Of a stretch of DNA of 64,000 nt, positions 24,990-35,064 are shown piece by piece. The first letter of the stretch is position 1. Each line of letters starts with the position of its first letter. Source of the DNA: Histomonas meleagridis 2922-C6/04-290x (Eukaryota > Protista > Parabasalia); the NCBI GenBank assembly GCA_020184695.1, contig JAANOX010000251.1:101463-165462 (forward strand). Direction: 5' to 3'. Both the position numbers and the translations under genes were made by a program. The notes under the pieces were generated by a model. The model saw only the letters and a program-made list of their open reading frames with translations. It searched no databases and was not told the DNA's origin.

Positions 24990-25058
24990 CAGAACCCCCA
25001 TTGCTGAGTTCGAACCAAATTTGCATTGCTGGATTCAAATCCACATCGATATAATGCA
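24990..25058 (-). pseudogene. Possible tRNA-Gln(TTG)-derived remnant
   Basis: Minus strand reads GGATTTGAATCCAGCAAT...GGTTCGAACTCAGC, resembling a tRNA-Gln anticodon arm and a B box; no acceptor stem. Confidence 0.35.
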
Positions 25059-25449
25059 TAATGAGTATAAAAAAGTTATGTGTAATAAAGAGTAATAAAA
25101 AAGGCTTCAAAAGAAGACATTTATAGAACAAATGAAGGAGAAAAAGACCTTCAGCCAATAAATGTGTTACAAGTTGATTTTGCGGAAAATCAATAATTAA
25201 ATGAATAAATGTACTTATAAAATTCTATAGTATTTTAACACAAGTTGCTTCCGAGACTACAAAAGTGTGGCAATCACAACTATATATAAATTGGTTTTCA
25301 AAAAATTATATTAATTATCAAGATATACAAAATTAGGTTACAATAAATTCTTTTAAACAAATTTGCTTAGACAGTGTGAATATAAAATATTATGTTTGTG
25401 ATCCTATTAAATGGATTTTTCGATCAAGATAAACAGATGCCTCTCATGC

Positions 25450-25611
25450 AAAAGATCAGAAATTTATATCAAAAGTGTGATCGGTATATTATTTTGGTCA
25501 AAATATTATGAATAAGCATTGGTCAAAAAAAATGCCACTAAAAAATGCCACGAAATATTTTGACAAAAATAATATACCGATCACACTTTTGATATAAATT
25601 TCTGATCTTTT
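25450..25611. repeat. 162-bp foldback (MITE-like): 58-bp arms (57/58), 46-nt loop
   Basis: AAAAGATCAGAAATTTATATCAAAAGTGTGATCGGTATATTATTTTGGTCAAAATATT (25450-507) and its reverse complement at 25554-611. Confidence 0.9.
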
Positions 25612-25654
25612 TCTTGCAATAAAATTTTATAAAATTGGAAAAATTGTAGAAATT

Positions 25655-26764
25655 TTATTGATTCCACCTCACGAGAAAATCTACTTTTTCTTTTCCGAAT
25701 ACTGGCTTTAAATTATCGTTATAACAAAGGTAGTGATTTCCACATAAAATTGAGATTGCACCAATTTTTGCGTTAACCATTTGAATATTAAGTTTTGATC
25801 CTTCAGTTAGTTTCCTGCTTGCGGTAGTATCAGAAACCGAATTTGTAGAGTCTTCTTCCTCTGCTAAGAACAAGTTTTTTTTATCGTTTGCTTTAATTGT
25901 CCAGATATCCTCATCACTGATTTTTTTTATTTGAAGAGAGCATCCTGGATCAGAGTAATCGTCAACAAACTTCCAACTTTGCTTTTTCAGGCAAAGATAT
26001 TTCGAAATTGGGATACAGAAAAGAACAAGATTATCACCTACAAGTGGTGCAGGTACGTCAATACAAACAGCAAAACCTGAGACTGATATCTTGAATCTGT
26101 TTCCTGTTCCTCCATATTCTGCATGTGTGAATCCATTATTATCAAAGAAAACAATTGTTGGCTTTGCATTCACATTTTGAAGCTTTGCAGTTATTGGTCG
26201 GTAAAGGGTTAAGGAGTCGTTTTCTTTTTGCAGCTTTTTTTGTCTTTGGCAAAAAATAGTTGAATGATTCAATACTATATTATCTATAACAGTCACTTCT
26301 GCCATTGTAGTCATGAACTGACCAAGAGGAAAGAGAATTTGGATTTGTATTTCACTGTTCTCTTTTGTAATGTCGAAAAAATTAATATCACCTTCATAGT
26401 AAATATCGAAATGAACAATATTTCTGTTAAACATTAAGCAGCAATAAGAATTTATAGTCTTAGTTTCAGCTGACATTTTGATTGGAACGTTAATTCCGAA
26501 TGGCGTGTTTTGTTGTACATGATCTGAAAGGATGTTAGCAAGTTGTGTGACATTACTTTGTGTTTCTTTTTGTTCTCTTCTTAGTTCAGTAATTTCATTT
26601 AGAAGGAAACCAATAATTTGTGGACAATTGTTAACTGTGATTGGTGAATGCTTATTACTATTTTTCGGTAATTGATAAAATGCTTTCTTGTGTTCTTTCT
26701 TCCATTCGTCAAGAGAAGGATATGTTTGGTTGCACCCTGTGCAGTAACAAGGAAACTGCTCCAT
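25655..26764 (-). CDS. Hypothetical protein: N-terminal CxxC...H zinc-finger-like, short coiled coil, beta-rich middle, beta-trefoil-like C-terminus
   Basis: Intact ORF; first ATG at 26764 (MEQFPCYCTGCNQTYPSLDEWKKEH) with TCAC just upstream. Domain calls are by eye. Confidence 0.75.
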   Translation of the reverse strand: MEQFPCYCTGCNQTYPSLDEWKKEHKKAFYQLPKNSNKHSPITVNNCPQIIGFLLNEITELRREQKETQSNVTQLANILSDHVQQNTPFGINVPIKMSAETKTINSYCCLMFNRNIVHFDIYYEGDINFFDITKENSEIQIQILFPLGQFMTTMAEVTVIDNIVLNHSTIFCQRQKKLQKENDSLTLYRPITAKLQNVNAKPTIVFFDNNGFTHAEYGGTGNRFKISVSGFAVCIDVPAPLVGDNLVLFCIPISKYLCLKKQSWKFVDDYSDPGCSLQIKKISDEDIWTIKANDKKNLFLAEEEDSTNSVSDTTASRKLTEGSKLNIQMVNAKIGAISILCGNHYLCYNDNLKPVFGKEKVDFLVRWNQ

Positions 26765-26832
26765 AAGTATGTGATGGTCTGTCAAAACATTTATTCAAAT
26801 TTTGAATTGGGGTTGCAACTCTTCACAAAGAA
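26765..26832. promoter_or_regulatory. 68-bp bidirectional promoter with back-to-back initiator-like TCAC motifs
   Basis: TCAC lies about 10 nt upstream of the ATG on both strands (TCACATACTTATG minus; TCACAAAGAAATG plus); palindromes ATTCAAA-T-TTTGAAT and GTTGCAAC lie between. Confidence 0.55.
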
Positions 26833-28467
26833 ATGTGTTCCTTCTTGTCCGCAACTGAGGCCATTAAAGACATTTCGAAAACCGTGATAGAAGTCGGCAA
26901 AGGAGGTGTTGAAATTGCAAACCAAATTGCCGATGCTAAGAAGCACTTTGCTGATGTTAACCATGATATTCAAGTGAATAACATTCAGTTTATGAAAGAA
27001 TGCGTATCACCTGTTAGCGATTCAACACGCCAAAAAATTCAAGAAGAATACGATAAATTATGGCTAGAATATTGCAAAGACAATTCGTTTTTTGGTAAAT
27101 TTAAAAAGAAATCTAGGCGTGCTAAACTGAACGAAATGGGTGCGTTCCTTAAAGCCACAACAACTAATGCTCTTAATAATTATTCTTATGTTTCACAAAT
27201 GCAAGAAAAAGTGAATGACTTAACTGAACAAATCAAGAAGTCAACAGAAGAATCTCAAGTTCTTATCTCGTCATTTCAACAAAAGATCCAATCTGATGAT
27301 AAACTTGAGAAATCCATTGATAGCATTGATATAGAATTGAAGAACTTATCCAAAGAGCATATTGAAAAAATAAATAAGAACAAGAAAAGAATTGTCAAGC
27401 TCAACAATGGTTTTAATATTATAACCAATTCTGTTAACCAACAAGGAGCCTTACTTCAAAAGACAAACGAAGAAGTTCGCTTTATCCAGGAGCATGTTAA
27501 ACGCATCAACAATTGTCTTTCCACTCATGATGAACAAATTCAAGAATTAAATTCTGCCACAACTAAACTTGGAGAGACACAAGAAGAATTTAACAAGCGC
27601 CTTAACTCTGTTGCTTCTTATGTTTTAGAAGAACATGAATATGCGTCGACTAATTTTGACAAAATCCGAGAACATTTGCGTAGTGTTGATAAAAGTTTCA
27701 CAAAAGTTTCAGTCGAACTTAACAGTCACGAAGAGAAGATCTTAATGCTTGATGCATCCAATCGCGAACAAAAGAAACTTTTATTTGTACATGGTCAAAT
27801 GTTAGCTGAACAACAAATGGCGATTAACCAAAACATCAATGATATCAAAAATTTGTATCTTGAAGCCGAAGATTTACGCGATGGATATACAGAACAAGCG
27901 GAAAAGCTTGAAAAGATTCAAAAGCAAATCAATCAATCGAATAAATCGATAGATGAAATGCAAGAACACATTCAATCACACACAAAAATACTCAATGAAG
28001 CTATGGATGTGTTGGGAACGCACGTGGAAATACTTTCAGCGCACACACGTCAAATAGCGGAAATCGAAGATATCATTGTAAGTCATAATAACTCTTTCCA
28101 AGATGTATATAATATGCTGTATAGACACGATGAGCAAATTAAGAACTTGAACATTCGCGTGGATAAATTGGAAAGTATGGTTATGCTTCAGCATGCAATG
28201 ATCCATAAAATAGTTGACGAAGTTACCAACTTGAACAATCGTCTGAATGAAGTCGAAAAGAAGGTGGATAACATTAACAGGTACTTGCACCAAATGGACT
28301 ACAAAGAGAAAGTAAAGTCAATTACAAAACTCATCAACAAAGAACCTGACGATAGTCCAAAATTGGCCGATTTCGCTGAGTTCATTTTGCAGATTAGAAG
28401 TAGCGATATGGAATATGATATCGATGATATTGTAGCTGGCGCGAAATACATTTTCGAATCTAAATAA
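26833..28467 (+). CDS. 544-aa long coiled-coil protein
   Basis: Intact ORF with continuous heptads and recurring HxxxI; ends in TAAA. Confidence 0.85.
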   Translation: MCSFLSATEAIKDISKTVIEVGKGGVEIANQIADAKKHFADVNHDIQVNNIQFMKECVSPVSDSTRQKIQEEYDKLWLEYCKDNSFFGKFKKKSRRAKLNEMGAFLKATTTNALNNYSYVSQMQEKVNDLTEQIKKSTEESQVLISSFQQKIQSDDKLEKSIDSIDIELKNLSKEHIEKINKNKKRIVKLNNGFNIITNSVNQQGALLQKTNEEVRFIQEHVKRINNCLSTHDEQIQELNSATTKLGETQEEFNKRLNSVASYVLEEHEYASTNFDKIREHLRSVDKSFTKVSVELNSHEEKILMLDASNREQKKLLFVHGQMLAEQQMAINQNINDIKNLYLEAEDLRDGYTEQAEKLEKIQKQINQSNKSIDEMQEHIQSHTKILNEAMDVLGTHVEILSAHTRQIAEIEDIIVSHNNSFQDVYNMLYRHDEQIKNLNIRVDKLESMVMLQHAMIHKIVDEVTNLNNRLNEVEKKVDNINRYLHQMDYKEKVKSITKLINKEPDDSPKLADFAEFILQIRSSDMEYDIDDIVAGAKYIFESK

Positions 28468-28554
28468 ACAAAAATGGCTGAACTTGTGACTCTGTTATTG
28501 ACCAAATCATCAGCACAATTAATGGATATGTTGTTCTTTGTTTTTGGAAATATT

Positions 28555-28713
28555 TTTGGAATAAGATTGATGAGATGTATCACAGACACTGTTACTACGA
28601 TGGATGGTTTGGAATAAGATTGATGAGATGTATTACAGACACTGTTACTACGACGGATGGTCTGGAATAAGATTGATGAGATGTATCACAGACACTGTTA
28701 CTACGATGGATGG
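28555..28713. repeat. Tandem repeat, 3 x 53 bp
   Basis: TTTGGAATAAGATTGATGAGATGTATCACAGACACTGTTACTACGATGGATGG at 28555, 28608 and 28661, with 0-2 substitutions. Confidence 0.95.
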
Positions 28714-29278
28714 TTCACAAGGTTTTCCCGTACGACATGGCCAACCAAATCTTGAGTTTGGAAAAAATTTCAATAAGAGTAAAACTTCATTATGAAATAT
28801 TTCAGATTCCACCCAAGATAGAAGTTGAAGGAATCGGAGTAACTGACTGTGGAATTGATTCTGGATTCATCGGATTAAAACAAATTCCAGACAGCAGCCA
28901 GCTGAAACCAAAAATGTGGTGGATAATAAGTAAAGCAAAAAACAAAAAGAAGACATGAAGTTAGAGACGTTCCAAAAATACTGCAATCAATGCAATATTT
29001 ATTTGTATATTCTTTTCTAAATAATATTTGTAATATGTGTGTTAGAGGGTGCTTGTATATGATAGACAATTTGTAAATATGATATGTAAATATTCTTCTT
29101 ATAGGATAATTATCAGCATTATTTACGTGTATAAAATATCAATGTAACATCGATTGGGAATCACATAGTAATATTATATATAAAATAATCAAGAAAATAG
29201 GTAAGAAAAGCTTGTTTGGCAAGTTTTTTTGCAGGATAAAAAATATATCAAATACTTGTTATAAACATAATCATAACT

Positions 29279-29735
29279 GTGATGTTTTATTTATTACTTT
29301 TATCGGGAAATCCCGAATTGGAACTATATTGGACAGCACTTATGTATGCATCTAATAATGGTCATAGAGAAATAGTTCAATTACTTCTTGAACAAAAAAA
29401 AATTGATGTTAATGCTAAAAATATTTATTTGTTTTATTTGAAATTTATTTTAATATTTTAATGTTTAAAAATAATATTTGGAAATTTTTTAAATATTTTC
29501 AAACAGCACTTATGATTGCATCTGAAAATGGTAATCTAGAAATAGTTAAATTCCTTCTTGAGCAAGAAGGAATTGACATCAATGGTAAAGATATTTATTT
29601 GTTTTATTTAATATTTATTTTAATAATTTGATATTTCAATATAATATTTGAAAATTATTAAAAATATTTAATACAGCATATTCACGAGCAAAAAGTAAAC
29701 ATCATGAAAAAATCATCAAATTACTTGGTCAATAA
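29279..29735 (+). repeat. Stand-alone interrupted ankyrin mini-array (2 modules plus cap, two 80-nt spacers)
   Basis: TALMYASNNGHREIVQLLLEQKKIDVNAKN (29333-422), TALMIASENGNLEIVKFLLEQEGIDINGKD (29503-592), TAYSRAKSKHHEKIIKLLGQ* (29673-735). Confidence 0.85.
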
Positions 29736-30650
29736 AAAAATGAATAAAATTAATTTTTCCTGAGTAAAAAATGCTTTCACACTTCTATTAATATAGTCAC
29801 CTTTATTAATCCCTATCCGACAGAAAACTCCCTATAGACCCTTATTTCTTGGTAAAATAGGTAAGTTCTGAATATTTGAAAGAATCCAAACAAACATGTA
29901 TATATGTTTATGCGCCATGTAGAATGTTTAATTGTACTAATTTTGACTTTATGATTCAAGACAAATGGAAGAAGAGTCACTCATGAATTCCAATTCATTG
30001 ATGGCTTTAAAACGTATTTATTTGGCCCAAAGAAATTCTTATTCCAAAGTAAACTTAAAGCAAATGTTTTTTCATGATGAAACGATTCCTTTAACTAATT
30101 CATTTAATGGATTAATAGTTGGATCTAAACAACAATTATTTTTACCGCCGAACATTTATATTCCATTACAATATAAAGTAACTAAAACACGATTCCCATT
30201 TCAATATTCATACATTATACCCATTTTTCCTGTTTTATATTCATAATAACTTACACATTGATATTATACTTAAAACAGACTCGAACCATGAAACCAGAAT
30301 TTAAAAAGAAGAAATGATAAAAAGAGTAGCATTATTGATTACAAAAAAAATAAACATTATCAAAATTTCATCGAATTAAATTCAAAAATAAATGAAATAT
30401 TATATACAGGTGGGAGGATGGGGCTTTGAGGGAAAATTGGTAAAATAAGAAGCAACAACAAAAACAAAATAAGAAACAAAATGTTAACCCATTAATGTGT
30501 AGGAGAAAAAATAAGAAACAACAACAACAACAAAATGTTTACCCATTAATGTATGGCAAAATAAAAACCATAGTTTTCATTGAAATCACGAAATCATTCC
30601 ATATTTAATATATTTGCCAAACTAGTACAAATGATATCGCAACATAAACT

Positions 30651-30860
30651 TTGGAAGTTTTCATTGTGTTTGACATAAAAGACATTAAATCATTTCAAAG
30701 TCTTAATCAATATGTCAAAGACTTCACTGAGCGGGAAACACCTGGTAACCATATATCGTGTAGAATTCTTATATTGTCATATGGTATGCTTTACTTTCAA
30801 CAATTTAAATTAATATCAATTCCTTCATGTTGCAGAATAATTTCAATTATAATTAATTAA
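30651..30860 (+). pseudogene. Small GTPase-like fragment
   Basis: VFIVFDIKDIKSFQSLNQYVKDF resembles the Ras/Rab beta4-alpha3 region; nothing else retained. Confidence 0.4.
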
Positions 30861-31076
30861 TTTATAATATCTAGATTAAATTGTTTTTGGTTATCATTAT
30901 TATTTACCTTTATTTCTCTTCATTATATTTGCATTGCATATCAGATCTCTATAAATCATTTCATTACCTTATACAAAATTATTTTAAGCCATGAAAATAT
31001 ATAACAATTTAAACATTTTTTGTTTTCATTTATATAAAAATCAAATAAAACTTTAAACACATTTTTATTAACAATT

Positions 31077-33743
31077 TTAAATACTTTTCTTCATCATCGA
31101 CTTGACTATTTGTTTATTTATCATTGAAAGGTTATTACCGAATTCATTCAAACCAATTTCACCGAACATATTTCCCAACTCAGCAATTACGCTCAATGCG
31201 GCATATTTTGAAGTAATTTCGTTTATACCAATTTCCAATTTTTTCTTAATAATTTCTTTTTTTCCCCAAATTTCGTTTTTATTTTCCATTAATTTCAAAA
31301 CGATAATTAAAGTTTTGAAATAAGCATTTGACATAATTGAAGAAGATAATAACACATTAAAATCAATTAAATTATTTTCCGCTCTTTTTTTTAATGCATT
31401 TTCAGCAGCGCTTACAATGATCAAATCATTATTCACCGAATAATTTAATAAACGATGAATAACTTCTTCCGAATTTTTAATGTTAATCGATTCTCGAAGA
31501 ATTGTTATCGTCAAAAGTACAAATGAATCTTTTGCAAGATCCAAAGTTTCAAAGTTAATTTCATTTCCATTTTTAACATTTTCGAGTTCATTTAATAATT
31601 TTTCGTTTAATATATTAATTTCTGTTCCATAATATAAGTTATAAAGTTGTGGAATTTCTTTTTGAATATTCCATAAAATTGTTTCTCTTTCATTAAATTG
31701 TAATGATGATATTAATGATTCGCATTTCTTTTCATCCGTTTCAAATAATATCTTTAATAAAATATGAATTTGAGTTTTAAAGCGTTCATAAAAGTTATTC
31801 GTTATCGCATTAAAAATTGAACTACTTAATAATATTAAATTCGTCGGATTCCGTTCTGAGACTGTTAAACAAAACCCAATGCAATATGAAAGATGTGAAT
31901 TACGTAATAAAATCGCAATTTGTAATTGGCCATATGTTTCGGATATCTTTGTTAAGATACAATTTCCATAATAATTATCTTCGGGAAGATCAAAAAGAAT
32001 TTGATTAAGAAATGGAAAAAATTCTTTCCGATATTTGTCACATAAAATAGTACAGAGTTGTGATGATAATTCTATAGCGTTTTCATCATTCATACTAACA
32101 ATTAATATATCAATGATGTTTTGCATATGTCCATATAATTCTGGTCGGTTTTCTTTTAATAAGTTTACAATGTTTTCTATGTTCCGGGATTCAATCGCAT
32201 TCTGAAGAAAAGAAAAATCCATTTCTGAGGAAAAGGTTTGCGGCTCAATTATTTTCTGTGGTTTATACGCGATTTTTGATTCAATCGCTTTCTGTGGTTT
32301 ATTTTCTGTTTGTAAACTTGTGAAATCAAACGTTTCACCTTCGTTAAACCTCTTTTCAGGCTCTTTCATTCTTGGAGTTTCATATATTTCATTAAGCTCT
32401 TGGAATGGTACTCGTTTTTTAGGAGATTCAAATTGATTGTTTTCAACAAGTTGTCTGACAATTGGCGATGGATCATGTTTTTTTTGTTGAATTATCTCAT
32501 CAAAACCTTTAGTATATGAAGGCTTCCAAACCTTTCGAGCAACAAGAATACTTTTAACAACAGTAATTCGTATTTCTACTGAGTTTGAATCAACATTATC
32601 CTCAAGTACTTTTTTTATCTTTTTTCCACAAATTGCTGTTACATATTCTATAACAGCAATTTCAGATGAAAGGGATATTACTAAAGTTCCATGCGTAGTT
32701 CTACCTAAAAGTGGTGGAATTAGTCGATCACTAATTTGGTCAAGTGCACTTTTCAAACATCTTGCCATTGCAACTAGTGTTAAACAAGCGTATTTAGAAA
32801 GAGTAGATCTTGCATCGCAAAGACACGAAATATAATCGTCGCAAATTGACTTGAAACCGTTAACAAAAGTGTCAGGTTTTGGTGATGACTTTGCAAACGA
32901 AACAAGGGTTTGGAGAGCTTTCATGCGGTCTTTCCATTCGCTGGTACGTTTTAAAGAATTACCAACTTGGGAAAACTTACAAAAACCCATCTTCGGATTG
33001 ATGTCTGAACATGCATTCTTAAATTCTTCACGAAGAGATCTTTCAATTTCTTCTGGAGAAAGGGATGCTTTTGATGATTCTTCGACATAGGAACCTTTTT
33101 TTGTAACTTTTGTGTTCCCAGAAATTCTTTTTAAAATGTCGTTGAAATCATTTGGAAACTGCTTTTTGATTCGTTTTTCAATCGACTTTGGATTTTTGGC
33201 ATATAATAATGTGACAATTTCATATGTTTTTGAACGAACAGTGGATGATGAATCTGATAGACACGAAAAAACTTTTGGGATAAGTTCATTTATTTCATAA
33301 TCTGGATATTCTGTGATGGTTTTCATGAATAAATCTAAACCTATTTCTTTAAGAATTGGTGTTTGGGAGAAAAGGTCTCCAAATCTTCCCCAAAAATCTG
33401 ATGGATATGAAGCAAGAAAACACTTAATGGCTATATCTATTAATGTGGATCGGAGTTGCTTGTTTGAACTTGAAAGCGGTGATTTTAATGAATTGAATAA
33501 ATCTAAAGGAAAATTTGGTGGATACTTTTTTGAAAGAATTTGATCTGACATTGAAAGTGCTGCTCGTGTTATTGCAGGTGGTGATGAATTAACAAGACGA
33601 ATGATAGCGTTGCATAATTTTTGCATTTCTTCTTCTGACAATAAATTGTTTTCCAAAGTTTCAGAAATACTTGAAAGAATGGAAGGAATAGCGTCGGTAG
33701 ATGCTTTATTTATAGCATTAATCTTGGCTAAAACAGAACTCAT
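31077..33743 (-). CDS. CLASP/TOG-like HEAT-repeat microtubule regulator
   Basis: Intact 888 aa; CLASP_N-like segment EWKDRMKALQTL...CLCDARSTLSKYACLTL...LIPPLLGRTTHGTLVISLSSE. Confidence 0.8.
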   Translation of the reverse strand: MSSVLAKINAINKASTDAIPSILSSISETLENNLLSEEEMQKLCNAIIRLVNSSPPAITRAALSMSDQILSKKYPPNFPLDLFNSLKSPLSSSNKQLRSTLIDIAIKCFLASYPSDFWGRFGDLFSQTPILKEIGLDLFMKTITEYPDYEINELIPKVFSCLSDSSSTVRSKTYEIVTLLYAKNPKSIEKRIKKQFPNDFNDILKRISGNTKVTKKGSYVEESSKASLSPEEIERSLREEFKNACSDINPKMGFCKFSQVGNSLKRTSEWKDRMKALQTLVSFAKSSPKPDTFVNGFKSICDDYISCLCDARSTLSKYACLTLVAMARCLKSALDQISDRLIPPLLGRTTHGTLVISLSSEIAVIEYVTAICGKKIKKVLEDNVDSNSVEIRITVVKSILVARKVWKPSYTKGFDEIIQQKKHDPSPIVRQLVENNQFESPKKRVPFQELNEIYETPRMKEPEKRFNEGETFDFTSLQTENKPQKAIESKIAYKPQKIIEPQTFSSEMDFSFLQNAIESRNIENIVNLLKENRPELYGHMQNIIDILIVSMNDENAIELSSQLCTILCDKYRKEFFPFLNQILFDLPEDNYYGNCILTKISETYGQLQIAILLRNSHLSYCIGFCLTVSERNPTNLILLSSSIFNAITNNFYERFKTQIHILLKILFETDEKKCESLISSLQFNERETILWNIQKEIPQLYNLYYGTEINILNEKLLNELENVKNGNEINFETLDLAKDSFVLLTITILRESINIKNSEEVIHRLLNYSVNNDLIIVSAAENALKKRAENNLIDFNVLLSSSIMSNAYFKTLIIVLKLMENKNEIWGKKEIIKKKLEIGINEITSKYAALSVIAELGNMFGEIGLNEFGNNLSMINKQIVKSMMKKSI

Positions 33744-33832
33744 TCTTTCAAGCCCGTTTAATAATTTTTAAACGGTTTTTTCCTAAGAGCACGTTTAAAG
33801 GCTTTAAACGTTCACCAGACAAAACAAGGTTC

Positions 33833-35043
33833 ATGCAAGAAAATCAAAATGCTTACCTTGGATTCTTAATTAAAATTGAAAAAATCATATACGATCTAAC
33901 TGAAGAAAATATAGATGCTTCAGTAGATCAAATTTTAGAATTATTTGATCTAAATTTTCCATTAACATTTAATTTTGTAGTTAGCAATTTAATTTATTAC
34001 GCATTTTATTCACAAAAAAAAGTAAGCGACATATATTTGGATTATTTAAAAAGAATTCAAACAAAAGAAGAGGAAATAAATAAAAATAATTCAAAAATCA
34101 TTGATATTTTTGTCAACATATATCTGAATTTAAAACAAGAGAAGATTATTACCTATGTGAAAAACTAATTGAACAAAATTTAATGAATGAAAATATTATT
34201 AATCGCATTAAATCAAACTATTTTGCACACCGTAAAACAGAAGATGACATTAATTATAAACCCTATCAAAACATTGATAATTTATCATTGTTTCTTCAAC
34301 ACAAATTCAAAGATAATTATTCAGAACTTTCCAAAAACAATTGGGAACTTCACAAAAAATTAATTAAAGAAGGAGTTAATCCTAATGAAATATCTCAAAT
34401 AATTCGAAATGATGAAATAGAAAAACTTCAAGAAATATCATCACAAAACAATTTTGATTTTAATCAAACTATTCCAGAATCACTTTATGAACGATGTGAT
34501 TTTGTTAATAAAATAAATGTTTCATTAATTGATTATGCAGCATTTTTTTCAGCTGTTAAATGTTTTAAATATTTACTTATGAATGGAGCAAAATTAGATA
34601 AAACAGGTAAGTATGCAGTTGCAGGTGGAAATGAAGAAATCATTCATTTATGTAAGCAAAATAATTCATCATTTGAAAATGGATATTATGTAGCAATTAA
34701 ATTTCACAAAAATATTGTCTTTAAATATCTTTACGAAAATAAAATTCAGGAAGATGATTTAGAATCATTAGGAAGATTATGTATTTCATACAATAATTAT
34801 GAGCTTTTATCATTTTTGATTAAAGAAGGAATGAAAATCAAAGATTCTTTAATTCATTCGGCAGCAAATATTGGAAATTTATATCTTGTTAAATATTTTG
34901 TTCAGAATCATCAAATTCCGAATATTTTATATAGTTCTTCTATTTCTGGAAATGTTGAAATTGTTAAATATGTTCTTGATCAAAATATAAATATTGAAAA
35001 ATCGTTCTATTACAAAATTTTATTATTTAAAAATAATAATTAA
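33833..35043 (+). CDS. DUF3447-type ankyrin-associated N-terminal region (frameshift in a T run near 34110)
   Basis: Paralog of the 15.3-16.5 kb gene; adding one T restores IIDIFCQHISEFKTREDYYLCEKL into ORF 34183. Confidence 0.8.
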
Positions 35044-35064
35044 AAATTATTTAAATTATTTAAT

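Noticed and set aside
28555-28713. CRISPR-like repeat
   Set aside because: The units abut with no spacers, so this is a simple tandem repeat.
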